Positions 12,229 to 25,103 of a stretch of DNA of 64,000 nt are shown piece after piece. This stretch comes from the human T2T-CHM13v2.0 reference genome, Homo sapiens, in assembly GCF_009914755.1 (NCBI RefSeq), contig NC_060925.1; one strand, given 5' to 3'. The position numbers and the translations under genes were made by a program. The notes under the pieces were generated by a model. That model had not been told where the DNA came from. It saw nothing but the letters and a program-made list of their open reading frames with translations, and did no database searches. The stretch's first letter is position 1. Each line of letters starts with the position of its first letter.

Positions 12229-12805
12229 CACACTGCACACACGCACACACACACGCACACACACGCACACACACGCACACACGCACACGCACGCGCGCAC
12301 ACGCACGCACACACGCACACGAACACACACGCACACACGCAGTGTAAACATGCACACGCACGCGCACACGTACACACACGCACACACGCAGTGGAAACGC
12401 ACACGCACGCACACACGCACATACGCAGTGTAAACAGACGCGCACGCATGCACACATGCACACACGCACACACGCAGGTGTAAACAGACGCGCACGCACG
12501 CGCACACACACGCACACACATGCACACACCAGGTGTAAACAGACGCACACGCACACACACGCACACACGCAGTGTAAACAGACACGCACGCACGCACACA
12601 CACGCATGCACACACACATGAACACACGCACACATGCACACATGAACACACACACGTGCGCAAACAAGCACACACATGCACACACAAGAACACACGTGCA
12701 CATGCACACACGTGCATACACACATGAACACACACATATGTGCAAGCACACACACGTGCACACACAAACACACATGCACACATGCACCCGGGTGCACACA
12801 CACAC
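12229..12805. repeat. (CA/CG)-rich compound repeat with periodic GTGTAAACA inserts
   Basis: CACACG/CACATG low complexity; GTAAACA at 12344, 12430, 12480, 12535, 12574. Confidence 0.95.
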
Positions 12806-15800
12806 AGAGGGAAGGCACCCTCCTGCAGCCGGGTAGATGGTGGGGTGCAGGCCCCTGACGGGGAGCTCCTGCGCTTCACCAAACAGCCACCACTCCCAGC
12901 CCTGCCCAGACCATCCCAGGTCAGCCCTGCAATTGATCTCCAGAGTCCCAGATGTTGTGGGAAGGGGAGGAAGAGGCCCTGGCCGGGATGCAGGATTCGC
13001 ACTCAGCCCTCAGGGTGAGGAGAGGCGCCTCCCTGCACACTTGGCCAAGGCCTCCTTCTCCTCTGACCTCGCCCCTGGGCCCACCCCACCCCTGGCTGGT
13101 GACATCTGGGTGTAGCCTCTGGAGTCTGGTGCACAGAGTGACACATTTGGTTTTCAGCCACAGTGTGGGCCTGGCCAGCCTCTGAGCCTGAGTGCTGCAG
13201 CCTTCTGTGCCCTGCCCCGCTCCTCCCACATCATCACATTCCTCGGTGAGTGGTTGGGGGGGCACTCGCTATTGGATGGCACCCATCACCCTGTGACCCC
13301 GCCTCTCCTGGGTCCCCCACACATTGGAGTTCATGAGACCCTCATGTGAAGGCTTCAGACCCCAGCCAGCCCCAGCTGTCCCATCAGTGGGGGCAGAGGG
13401 GCTGTGAGAATGTGGTGGCCCCATCAGCGCCCGTCAGAAAGGGAGTGCAGGGGGCCTGGAAAGTGGCAGAGAGAGCAAATACGCCAGCTCCTGAGCAAAC
13501 CCAGCGGGACGGGGAGATGACAAATGATGGGATTGTGTCAGCTTGAGAGAGATTGGACTAATGGCACGCGGACTTTGCACTCTGAGGATCAATATTCCAT
13601 CAGGCAGTGGAGCGCCAGCCTAGCGAGTGGCGTTTATGTGGACAAAGGCGAGATCCCCCCATAGTCTGTGCACACTGCCCCGGCGCCGGCCTCCGCCGTA
13701 AGCCTGAGTGAAGCCGAGAGGGGGCGGGGGCCACGGAGGGTCTTGGCATCCCCTGAGTGATGGGGGCAAAGGCCGGGCTGACCGGGGGCTGCCGCTGGCC
13801 TGGGCGTCTAGCCCTTGGCCTGCAGTCCTGCCTTCCACACGGCATCTCCTATGGCTACAGGTTGGCATCCTCGGGGTGCCCTCGGGCCGCTGGTGCCCAA
13901 TGCCAGGTGCTGTCTTCCCAAAAGCTGTTTCTGTTCTACCTGGCTCTGCCCACCTCTTCTCTTCTCTGGCCCATGCTTTGAAGTCTCGGGTGTCAGGAGG
14001 CCAGCACTGCAGCCTCCCACCCTGTGTCCAGCATCTGGGGGGCTGCTATCTAGGCTGTCCATGCCCCAGCCTCCCGGGAGGACTCCCAGGCGGCCCCTCC
14101 CACCGTCTGCAGCTCCCCAGGGGGCGGGGCTCGATGGCAGGTGCTAAACGCAGGCAGGTGTGGCCAGCCGGAGCCCCTCACACGGCAGGCGTCAGGTTGA
14201 GTCCTTGGGGTTCAGGGAGGTCAAGGTCAGGCCTAGCGTGGGTGGTCATCTCAGGGGCAGCACTGGTGGCCGTTGAATTGTTCCTTACCGGGGAGAACAG
14301 GTGGCAGGGAGGGATGGTTCCAGACCCCATGGCACCCGTGTCTCTGCAGTGTGTCCCTCTCATGGGGGGACAGTAGGCAGAGCTCCCCGGCTGCCCTGCG
14401 CCGGCGTGCTCACTCCGCGGTGCGTGCTTAATACCCACAGTGTGAGAACCGAGAGCCAGGGCCAATGACGGGGGGGACGCGGGTTCACGGGTGGCCTGGA
14501 GACGTGGCACCGTACCTCCCTGCTCCCTTCCTGTGAGAATTTTGCCCTCAAGATGGCAGCCCAGCCTGGATGCCCAGACCCCATTCCCAAGCCGCAGGTC
14601 CTGGTCTGGGCTCTGTCACTCGGGGACGCGCCTGCTTGTCTTTCCCCGGCTGGGGCAGTGCCTGGTCTGCTCAGCCCTTCCTCTCTCCCCGCCCGGGACA
14701 GAGGCTGCCCCAGGGGACCGCAGCTCCGGCTCTGATGGCAGACACGGTGTGGCCTGTCACTGCGGGTCTATGCCCGAGCTCTGGCCAGACGATGGTCAGG
14801 CTGACCTCAGAGGTCAGAAGCCACTTCTGGCCACACCCTTGCTCTTGCAGCCCTGAAGCCCTCACCCCAGCAGGCCTAGCTGCTCCATGGCTCTGGCCCC
14901 GCTGGTGACTTGGTGGAGGGCTTGGAGCTCCGTGTGCCCCCACCTGCCTCCAGTCAGGCCCTCCACAAACCCCCGTGACTGGGCACTCCTTGCAGCACAG
15001 CCTGGTCACAGCCCAAGCCCGACCTCCCTCCCTCCACGGCACTCACACCTGGGGTGGATCAGGACTTCTGGTCCATATCCCTCCTGGAAGTATAGAAAGT
15101 GAGTCTGAATTCTGGCCCTGAAAGTGGGGTGACAGGTGGGCACAGCTGCCCCCAGGACCCACGGGAAGGGCTAGAGCAAGGGGCTCCTATCGGGGGCTGC
15201 TTCCTCGGTGGGAGGAGCCCCTCCTGCGTGCTCTTCTGCTCCGGCTGTTTCGGCTCCCATCAGCCGGGATCATTCATCTCTGGTTTCTTGTCTCACACCG
15301 GCCTCTATGAGAGCGTCCCCAGGCTGACCCAGGCTTACAGGCATTTTAAATACAAACATGGCAAGTGGGGACCGGGAGTGCTGGCCCCAGCATCCTGGTG
15401 GTCATGGCCCTGGCCTTCCTCAGGAGTCGGAAATTGGATTAGACCGTGCAGGGATGGGGCCAATTGGAACCAGGGGTTCGGAGGGTCTCTGCAGAGGTGG
15501 CTGGGAGCTGGCGGGTGAGAACGCAGGGGGAAGGAACACCCTTTCTGCCCCAGAGAGCCTGTGAGGTGCATGTCTGGGGAGTGGTCTAGAGCCTGGGGGC
15601 ATCGCCATGCCACCTCACCTCTGGCTACCACGCAGGCCTCGCCTATGCTGTCCCCACCCCCGGTTTCCTTCTGCTTGATTTGCCAAGTTGTCCAGAGCAG
15701 AAAAGGACTCTGCCTCCCCAGGGCCCATCTCCAGGGTGAGGAGCAGAGCCAGGCCCTACTTCTGGAGGGGGCCCGGCAACCCAGCCTAGTCCAGGCCCAG

Positions 15801-16046
15801 GTCCCGTCTGGCCTCCTGTTGACCGCTGGGCTGAGCCACAGGCCCGGGCCCGCCTTGTCCTTGTGCTCCAGCGATCAGGTGCTGGCTCTCCATGGGACCA
15901 CAGACCCCAGGGCTCGCTGGTCTTGGGGAGAGGCCTCCGCACATTCATGTTTCCACTTGGAATGCAGGACAAAGGCTCCAGGTGGTGCCACAGATTCACC
16001 GGCTACAAGAGGCAGGGCTTCCTGGTGCCGGAAATCCATGCAAGTT

Positions 16047-16350
16047 GTGCACGTGTGTGTGCATGCATGCTCATGCTGTGTGTGTGTACATGCACGCGTG
16101 TGTGCGTGTGCGTGTGTGCATGTGTACATGCATGTGTGTGTGCATGCTCATGCTGTGTGTGTACATGCATGTGTGTGTGCGTGCATGTGTATGTGTGTAC
16201 ATGCATGTGTGTGTGCGTGTGCGTGTGTGCGTGTGTACATGCATGTGTGTGCATGCTCATGCTGTGTGTGTTTGGAAAGATTGTGTGTGCATGCATGTAC
16301 ACACGCACACACGCACACACACACGTGCACACACGTGCATACACACGCAC
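16047..16350. repeat. (TG)-rich repeat switching to (CA)-rich repeat
   Basis: TGTG/TGCATG array 16047-16296 followed by CACAC/CACGC array 16297-16350; sub-repeat GCATGCTCATGCTGTGTGTG x3. Confidence 0.95.
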
Positions 16351-18959
16351 AGAGCTATCCCCAGAAGGCTGATCCAGACCTGCTCAGAGTGCAGAAAATG
16401 GAGCCATCCAGAAGGAAACAGCATGGAGCCCTGGTGGCCTGGATGGCAATTCACACTCCTGCACCCCCACCTGGCCCCTCGGAAGCGTGACAGCCATGGA
16501 GAGGGGCTCCTGGGTGTGCCTGGACACTCCCTACCCAGGACCTAAGCTGGCAAGGGGGCAGCTTTGGGAGCTAGAAGTGGTTGGATTCCGGGTAGTGTGG
16601 CCAGGGGCCTTCCCCGGCATGATGGCATCCGCCCCCAGCTCATGGCCCAGGTCTCCATGAAGATGAACAAAACACCACCAGGAGAGGGGGAGGCAAAGCC
16701 GGGAAAGAACCAGGGAGTCTGTGTGGCTTTCACCACATGCTCAGGTGCTCTGTGGCATATGACCATGTCTCCAGGACTGGCAGTCGGGGGGTGTCAGGGA
16801 CCCCCAGAGCGGACTTGATCTCAGCCTGGGGGCCACGTGGATGGAGTCCAGGGAGACCCCAGCTGCTGGCGTGCTAGGGCGTGCGTGTACACGTTTGTGT
16901 GCAAGTGTGTGTGCACGTGCATGCGCTGTGTGTGCACTTGCAGGTGTTTGGACACAGGGCCCGAGGCACCTCTGTGCCCAAGTGGGACTGAAGACTCCCA
17001 TCAAAGAAAGGCCTGGGAGAGCCCCCTGCCCGACCTTCTAAGGCATTTTGGCAAGAAAACACCCTGGCTGAGGAGCGAGACCCTGGCCCACAGGGTTGCT
17101 TGACCCCAGAGCAGGCAGGGTGGGTCCTCCCTGTAGAGCTGGGGGTGGCCCGGGAGGTGGGAGACGGTATGGCCATCTCTGTACCCTGTGCCCTCCTTCA
17201 GGCCAAGGGCCTTTTTGGTGGGACTGGCTGGCCTAGTGACTTCCAGCTGCACAGCTATCGACCCAGGGCTGGACGGCCCCTGCCTGGCAGAGCCTGGCCA
17301 TTTGCTTTCAGGAGCAGCCCACCCCGGCGGCCACAGTGGGACTTCCTTTCCAGGTGCTGGTGAAGGGCCGGTGCCTCGGCCGGTGCCGTGGACATTCTTT
17401 GTGCGGCCAGGCGGGTGACCCGCTGCAGGCTTGGCCCTCTGGGGTCTGGTTAATTACCTTTCTCCAGACACTGGCGTGGAAAGTCATTTCCTTGAGAGGA
17501 TGCGGGGAGGAGGACTCCCCATCCAGCCCTGGCCTCCACAGCCGCCTGGGCCAGGTTGGGGGACATGGGGGCTGAGTTTTCTAGTGTGGCCTTGGGTCAC
17601 TCCAAAGCCTCACCCCCAGGGATGGGGACTTGGGTGCTGTCCCGTGCCTGGCATCCAGGGCAGGGGGTGATGTTGTGTGTTTTCTCTCTGAATCAGGCTG
17701 CTGATCGTGACCTGGCTGGGGAGGGGGTTCTAGAAGCCTGGCCATGGCCCGATGAGGCAGATAGGAAATCAAGGGCCAAGGCCTCGGAAAGTGGGAGAGT
17801 GGCTGGGGGTGCCGTGTTTTGTACAAAGAGATTTTTATGACTGATCCTTTTTCTTCACGTAAGCGGTGGAGTTAAGTGTTTGGAATTGCTGCAGACGCTG
17901 AGAAAGGCCTGCCCCTGTCACGCCGGATTGTCCCCTGCTCAGCAGCTGACACAGCCCATCTGCAGTGTGCGGGGGAGAGGGAAGCCTGCAGAGGGGCAGC
18001 CCCCAGGATCCCTGCGGCCCCACAGCCCCTTCCCTGCCTGGAGGCTGTTTCTTGGAGGGGGGAGAGAGGAAGCAGCACCCAGGCTGCAGCCCTGCCTGCC
18101 TGCCCTAGCTTGGGAGCCCCGCCTGGTGGCCGAGGCTGCTGGTGCCTCCTTGCTCAGGGGCAGGTGGAAGTGGTCAGTCTGCCCACCACCAGCCCTTATC
18201 CCACAGGTGGCCCCTGAGCTTCCGTGGGGGATGGCAGGGTCAGCCCTCACCGTCGGCAGAGTTATCAGTTCGCAGCTTGAAATCCAAGTAATTAAGGCGA
18301 TGGATTAAATCTGTGGGAAGTCTCCACACTGGCCCATATCACATCGTTCCACAAAGATCGCGTGTCCTCCCTGCCCCCTGTCTGGCAGCCTCCCCTCCCG
18401 GGGCACTGGAAGATTCCAGGGACGTGTCTGGTACGCTTCAGCCTGGTTGAGGTCGTCACCGCAGAAGGGAGTTTTGGGGTTTGGCCCAAGGCCCGGTGAC
18501 AAACAGGAGCTGCAGAGTGGCTGGGAGGACGGGAGGGGCTTTGCTCCTGAACTCGGGGGTCGTCACACACAAAAAGACCACTTCAAGTGTGCACCAGGTC
18601 ATTTCTTTTTAGCTACCCCAGAGTGTCTGCCACCATCCCCGCAAAGCTGGAGAAAGAGAAACCCAGGCAGCCAGAAAGGAACTCGGGAGACCCCCACCCC
18701 TCTGTCCCTGCCCCTGTCCCCGGCAGCCCCCTGGGAGCGGGAGGATGCCTGCCCTTGCGTCTCTGCGCTGGAGCTTCTGACACCTTTCGCAGTGAAAGGC
18801 AGGGTGGATAGTCGGTGAGGAGAGGGTCTGGAAGCGGTGGGCCTCGTGGGAGTGACCCCAGCCAGGCAGAGTCTGGGGACCCGGATGGCAGGGCCGAGCC
18901 CTGGCCAAGAGTGCAAGGAGGCTGCCGGCCCCAGAAAGAACCATTAGAAGCCCCTTTCC

Positions 18960-19054
18960 GCTTCTGCAGGGATTTGCAGAGACTTGTTCTCTCCGGGATC
19001 TGCCATTCCAGGGGCTCCTCACCTTCAGGAGCTGTGTCTGAATGTCTGAGGGAC
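18960..19054 (+). repeat. Left arm of 95-bp inverted repeat (partner 20425-20519)
   Basis: 84/95 identical, gap-free, to the reverse complement of 20425-20519 (manual alignment). Confidence 0.95.
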
Positions 19055-20424
19055 CTTCACATGTTTGGGTTTGGATTGGAAACAGGATATGATTGACTTG
19101 TGAGCATGTTAGAATCTTGTGCTGGGACAAGGTGAGCGTGTGGTTTCTCCTCCTTTCTTTCTGTCGTGTAGGAAAATGCTTTAGTTAGGGCCCGGCTTGG
19201 AGGCAGGGCTGAGGAGTCAGCGGAGGCTGAGGCCAGAGGACAGCTTGCCCGTCACGGAGCCCGCAGGTCACAGGATCAGGCCTGGCCCCCGAGCTGCGTA
19301 AGATCAGCTGGCCTGGTCAGGACGGAGCCTGCCCCAGGAGCCCACCCTCCCAGCAGGACCCGGGGCTGCGGTGCCTCCGGTCCTAGCAATCTGCCCCTGA
19401 AAATGGCCCTGGTTTGGGGGCAGGGCACAAACGGGAGAATGACATTATTTGTTTTTAAAAACAGCTTTTATTTTAAAAGCCTGTCCTGGAGGAAAGCAAC
19501 CTGGAGCTGTTTTCAGGACCGGGCTCAGAAAAGATCAGCTCCTGATGAAAACAAAACACAGTGAGGACAAGCCAGGTAGCCCAGAGGCCCCCAGCTGGAG
19601 CAAACCGTTTCTGTGGAGACTCCGAACGTCGCCTGCCTCCTGCAAGGCCGCTAGTGTCTCCCGGCCTGGGCCTGGCCTGGAAGTGCGGGGCAAAGGGCGG
19701 TGGTGAGAAATGAATGGGCTTCCGAATGCCGAGAAACAGATGTGAGGCTGTGCCGAGGAAGGGGAGGACAGGGAACCAGCTGATTAGGGGATCCGGGGCA
19801 GGGCCAAGTGCCGCCGACAGCCTTGGGGGACAGCGGCCCTCCACCTCGGCTGCGCGCTGCAGGCCCTTCTCTGCGGGGCCGGCCAGGCCTCCCTCCTGCC
19901 AGCACCCCCTCCCCAGGCGGCTGGGGACCCCGGAATGTGTGGCCCTGGCGGGAAGTGGAGGAAGAAGGGCTGCAGCCCCGTCAGTACCCTGGGTGATGTA
20001 GTGAGTGAAACATCTTGAAAAAGGAAAGCAAATCCCGCTCTAATCTCCCCGAACAAAGGCCTTTCAGTTGGACCAGAGTGGCAGGCGCGGGCGGTTGGTA
20101 TCGCCAGATCTTTTCTATGAAACGCGCACCCGGCGGAGTATGGATCTGATTAGGGGAGCCGGCCTCACCGCGAGCCCCTTTCCTGCGCACGGTGTCTGTG
20201 GAGGTCAGGCGGACACGTCCAGCCATGGCCTGGACACAGACAGCCGGGCTGTGTGGCACAGGACTGCCTGCTGGAAGCTTCCGCCTGCGCACTCCTCCCG
20301 GCCTCCCGTGCAGTGCTGGGAAAAACCGAGTGCCCCTTCTAACAATTTCTAATCGACCCTTGAGATGCTGGGCCCTCGACGCTCTCTGCAGATCCCCTCC
20401 TCTGTCCGGTTGCTGCTCTGTCAT

Positions 20425-20519
20425 GTCCCTCAAACATTCAAACACAGCTCCTGGGGGTGAGGAGCCCCCGGAATGGCAGATCCCGGAAACAGCAAGTCTC
20501 TGCAAATCCCATCAGAGGC
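20425..20519 (-). repeat. Right arm of 95-bp inverted repeat (partner 18960-19054)
   Basis: Reverse complement reads GCCTCTGATGGGATTTGCAGAGACTTGCTGTTTCCGGGATCTGCCATTCC...AGGGAC, matching the left arm. Confidence 0.95.
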
Positions 20520-22287
20520 TTTGAGTCTGTCACAAACCTGAAGCAATGTCTCTTCAAAGCTCTGTCCCAGAAGCAAATGGACCCCTTGAAGGTGGCCGGC
20601 CTCCCCTGGGGCCCACCTGGGGGCTGCGAGTGGCCGCGTGGAGAAGTTTAAGCCTTCAGCAGAACAAACAAAACTCAAGTGCCCGAAAGAGGAAGAAAGG
20701 ATCATTATACGAGTGGAAAAAATGAACCGTCTCGACTCAGCAAATACCGCAGCCCTGCCCTCCTTCCAGACATTCCCCCCCTCCGTGCTGCCCCCACACT
20801 AAAAACAGCCCAGGAAAGGAAATCAAATTTAGGGTTTCACTAACTGGCCAGAATGCTTAATTTAATAAGGGGTGGGAGATGCTGTTGTATTTTATTTTAT
20901 TTTATTTCTACTTTGAACAGGTTGAATCTTCCTGTAGGGCTCTAGGGAGGCGGCGGCTGGGAATGAGAACCAGCCCCAGCTTTGCAAATTCAAACCAGGA
21001 CTGGAGCGCGGGAAGGGCAAGAGGCGGAGCGCTTGCACGGGAGCCCGAGGCCTGGGGGACGGCTCAGGGGGTCTTGGTGCTCAGGGCAGCGGTGTGCAAG
21101 GGGCCAAGGTGGGTGGGAAGAAACCTCCTTGATTTCACCAGGTCCTGGATGAGAAGTCAGTGTTCTTCGGTGTAAAGTGAAGAGCCCGAGGGCTGGATGC
21201 GTGGTTGCTGTGTCGGCTGTGTGCTTGCACCTCATACATGGGACAGCAGGCCCAAGCCTTCGGCGCTCCCCTCTTCTGCCATCATGGCAAAGCCAAACCC
21301 TTGCACAGGGGACAGGGGCTGCAGGATGCCTTGGTATCAGGTTCCCAGGAACGTGTCTGTCTCCATGGCAGAGAGGCCCTCAGGAAAGCCGACAGGACCC
21401 TAACAGGTGACAGTCCTGGGCTGAGGGGTTCAAAGCAATGTATCTCCAGGCGTCTGACAAATTTATCAACCCCCAAGTGTGGCACCCGTGCAGAGGGGGG
21501 TGTGGGTGGCTGAGATCAATGCCCAGGCACGGGTGAAGGGTCTCTGCCAGCAGCTATGTGGAGCCTGCGGCCTTCCTGGAGGAGGGGGCAGCCATTCGGC
21601 TACATAAACACCTGCCCCACCTGGTTCACCCTTTCAGCACAGATTGCAGAGTCCCACTCCCCAGTGAGGGGGGCCCAGAGTCTTCTCCAGTGCAGCAGGT
21701 GCTGCTGGAACTGGGAGGGGGGGCAGCCCATCCCATGCCCCCTTCCTTGGCATCCAAAGGCCAAGCTGGCGTGAAGCTGGACTCAGGAGATGCGGCTGTG
21801 AGGGTGGCAACATCTTTTTCTTCTCATTTGCCTCCCGGTGGCCCGAGAAGCAGGGTGCTCACGGGGTGCCCCAGGGCATTGCCCCAGTGGCGAGACATCA
21901 AGTCCGAGCTCCGAGTGGATGAGCTGCGGGGTCTGGGGCAAGGCAGTTGGCCTCTCCTCAACTGGGGACAAGACAGAGACTTGTGTCCTTGTCAAGGTTA
22001 AATGAGGCCCTGTCTCCGAGCACCTGGGCTCGGGTGGGGCAGCTCAGCTGCAGTCAGCGTCCCAGATGCGCACCCCACGCCGTATGGTGGGCGTCCGAGT
22101 CGTCTCCTTCTCCCAGGCTTTGTGTGGAATGACTTCTCTCTCTGACGCTGCCTTTGGGACCCCATGTTAGATGTGCCCCCACCCGTGAGAACCCCCAAGA
22201 ACTGCTGGGACCCGGGTGCTTAGGAGGGCAGGGCCGGTGGAGGTGGACAGGGCCGTGGAGCTGGCCACAGTGGCTCCTGGAGTCCTG

Positions 22288-22439
22288 GGGGTCCTGTCCT
22301 CATACCCTGGCTCAGCCCAGCCTGGGCCCTGAGCTGGAGGCCGGCAGTGGGGACAAGACTTAGATGTTAATTTTAAAATGAAAAGGGAAAGGCCAAGGAA
22401 AAGAGGGAGAGAGAGGCCCAGACAGTCTCCTGTTTTGCA
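22288..22439 (+). repeat. Copy 1 of ~150-bp dispersed direct duplication
   Basis: GGGGTCCTGTCCTCA...GACTTAGATGTTA(A/G)TTTTAAAATGAAAAGGGAAAGGCCAAGGAAAAGAG...TGTTTTGCA recurs at 25104-25251. Confidence 0.95.
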
Positions 22440-23729
22440 GAGAGCTCTTCTGAACTCTGACTGGTTTCCCTGAGTGGTTCTTGGCCTGGCTGGGCTGACC
22501 TATGTCTTTCAGCCAGGAACCTCTGCTCCCGTGGCCTCTAAACATGACCCACTGTCCAGGAACTGATCATGGACAGGACAGAGGTGACAGCCCCAGCTTG
22601 GCCTTTTGGAAGGCAGCGATGCTTACCACTATAGCACCAATGCTAGGATCAGCTTGGTCCTTTGGCCAACCCTGACCCTTCCATTTGGGAGAGAGCCACC
22701 TGCCATGTCCCAGGCCTGGTGTGTGGAGCCACATCTGCGGTCCTGCCAGGCCTTGGAGCGGAAGGAAGAATGAGGGCCGGGGGTCAGGTGTATCTGGGCT
22801 TGCATCCCTACTCAGCCTGGTGACAGCCCCTCGAAGCCCCCCTCCACCTAAGGTGGGCCCCAGCAGGATGGGGGGACCTCTATGCCCTTGGTGGCTGATG
22901 TGAGGGGTCAGGGTGGGAACATGCCAGCTCCAGGGCCAGGCCTCAATCCACAGCCCCCTCCCTGCTCCCATCCGGGCAGCCCTGTGGGAAGTAGGCTGGA
23001 GAAGGGGCCCCAGGTCTCAGGGGTACTGGAAGCGAGCAGCTGCAGTGTGGCCCCTGCGTGTCCTGGGTTCCAGCTCCCGCAATGTTCAGGTTCCTGTCAG
23101 CTCCGCAGGAGCCCCCTGGGGCTCTCTGGGCTCTTTGCATGTCTCTGGGAAAACCTGATCAGCTGACCCAAACCAACTACAGTTCTGGTGAGTTTCTCTT
23201 TGCCTAAAGCTCTGACATTTCTGCCTCGCTAAGGCACAGTCACCAGCCAAAGGCTGACCATGTGCGCACCCCGCAGCTGCACCTCCTTGAGAATGCTGGG
23301 CTTCCTCAGCCAGCGCGCTTCCCGCATCCGTGAATCACTCCGGCTGAGGCTGCTTTCTTAGCGGACGGCCCAGCCCCTGGGCTCTGGGCTGGAGAGGCCT
23401 CAGAGCTGGCCAGAGGAGGCCAGCCCAGTGCCCGCTGATTGGATGGGCAAAGAGGACGGTCCTCCTGTCCTTTCTGGAAGTGGGCCTCTGTTCAGCCCAG
23501 GTCTCCTCTGACCCCCCAGAGTAGCCACTGTCATCGCCAGGGCACATGGGGAAACTGAGGCCCCCCACTCAGCGGCTGCTGGGCTGTTCGGAAGGGCAGA
23601 GTCGCCGGCTCAGCGGGACACACGCTCTGAAGCACAGGCCTCTGGGGGGACCGGCCCTGCCTGGCGCTCGCCAAGGCTCTGGAGGAGCAATGAGTTAGGG
23701 GAGCGGCTGTGCAGGTCCCTGGACCGGGC

Positions 23730-24360
23730 TCCGCTTTTAATTTTTTAAGGGAAGAAAGGAAAACATCCCTCAGTGGCTCTCCCAGGAGCTCAGCCGTGTT
23801 TGCTGTCGGTCACGGCAGGTTGGGCCATTTGTAACGAGTTTGGTCTGCGCGGGGGGCACTGACCCCACTACGCCTGGCCCCTCGGAGCGGAGCGCGGCAC
23901 AGGCGAGGCGCGGCCAAGGGTGCAGGTCCCTGCACTGGCCCGATTCATTAAGGACCGGCTCCTTTGTGGGCCCCAGCTCCAGGCCCATTGCTGTCACGGG
24001 GCTGTTACAGGCATAATGACAGGGGCATTAGAGGCCCGAGAGCAATTAACAGGCTGCTTAATTAGCAAGAGGAATTAGCGTTTGAGTGGCGGATCTTCCT
24101 GTGAAACCTTGTAGAGAGCCCGGGCAGTTATCTGATTATGCATTGATCGGGCTGGCTCGTCCTTAGGTAATCCTCTCCCTCTTGCAATCTGTGAATATAC
24201 AACTGTTTAAATATTCCAAACCGAACTGTCTCAATAAACGCGGGGAGAAAGGGGCCATTGTGGGCCCGGGCGCCGCTGGCCGCTCTTCCCGGCCCAGCTC
24301 CCCTGGGCTTGCAGAGGCACAGTCGGTCCCCGCAGCTCTCGCCGCCGCCGCACGCGGCCA
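23730..24360. promoter_or_regulatory. Homeodomain/TALE/SOX-rich enhancer-like element with CpG-rich flanks
   Basis: CCTTTGT 23961, CTGTCA 23991, TAATGACAG 24014, CAATTAA 24043, TTAATTAG 24058, TAATCC 24168, and CATTGT further 3'. Confidence 0.55.
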
Positions 24361-25103
24361 GCCTGGCTGTGCCTGGGAACAGTGTCGGCCAGTCTGGCCC
24401 CAGGCCAGCCCTGGCCACAGGTGCCAATGGCATCCTCCTCCCCAGGTCTCTCCCATGCCCCCGGGGGCTCAGTCCACTGCTCAGGTGGACAGGGCAAGGC
24501 CGGAGGAGCTGGCTGCAGGTGCGCAGGAAGGGACAGGCCTGGCTACCTGCAGGCAGCACCTGGGGTCCAGACAGCCCTCAACGAGGGACAGTCAGGTCAG
24601 ATCAGGTGGACCCAGACCCTGCTGCGGTTCCTGGAATCCCTAGATGAGCTTTGAAAACCCAGGGGCCTGTACCCAATCCCAAGCAGTGGCCTACCGTGCT
24701 TGAGCTCTGTGGTGGGCAGAGGGCTGGGGACTGGACCAGGAGCCTCCAGCCCTGGGCTCTGTCAGGGACCCTGCCCTGTAGGGCTGGTGCTTCTGGAGTG
24801 AGGGAGGAGTAGACAGGAACCAGTCCTGGAGGTGGGCTCCCCACTGGGCCTGGGACAATGAGGTGCCCATCGCCAGTGATGGTCACAGCACCTCGAAAAG
24901 GCAGAGACAGGAAGATTCCAGAAGGGCTTCTGATTCTGTGCAGAAGCGTTGTAGATGGGGCATGGTTGCTCTGGTGTCAGGCCCGGGCCCGCTGTCTGTT
25001 CCGGCAAACTTTAGGGGATCGAGAGCTTACTCTGGACTCAGCTGGGAGGCCCCTCGAGCCTGGGAGCAGGGCAGGACCACCATCGGCCCCGGACACAATT
25101 GCT

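Noticed and set aside
12004-13002. Long Cys/Val and His/Thr ORFs (also near 16 kb, 27 kb and 44.5 kb)
   Set aside because: Translations of CA/TG repeats
24600-24690. Possible MER5-like fragment; other faint MIR/L2 traces near 6680, 10960, 11500, 27040, 35170, 45850, 48300
   Set aside because: Too short or degenerate to call by eye
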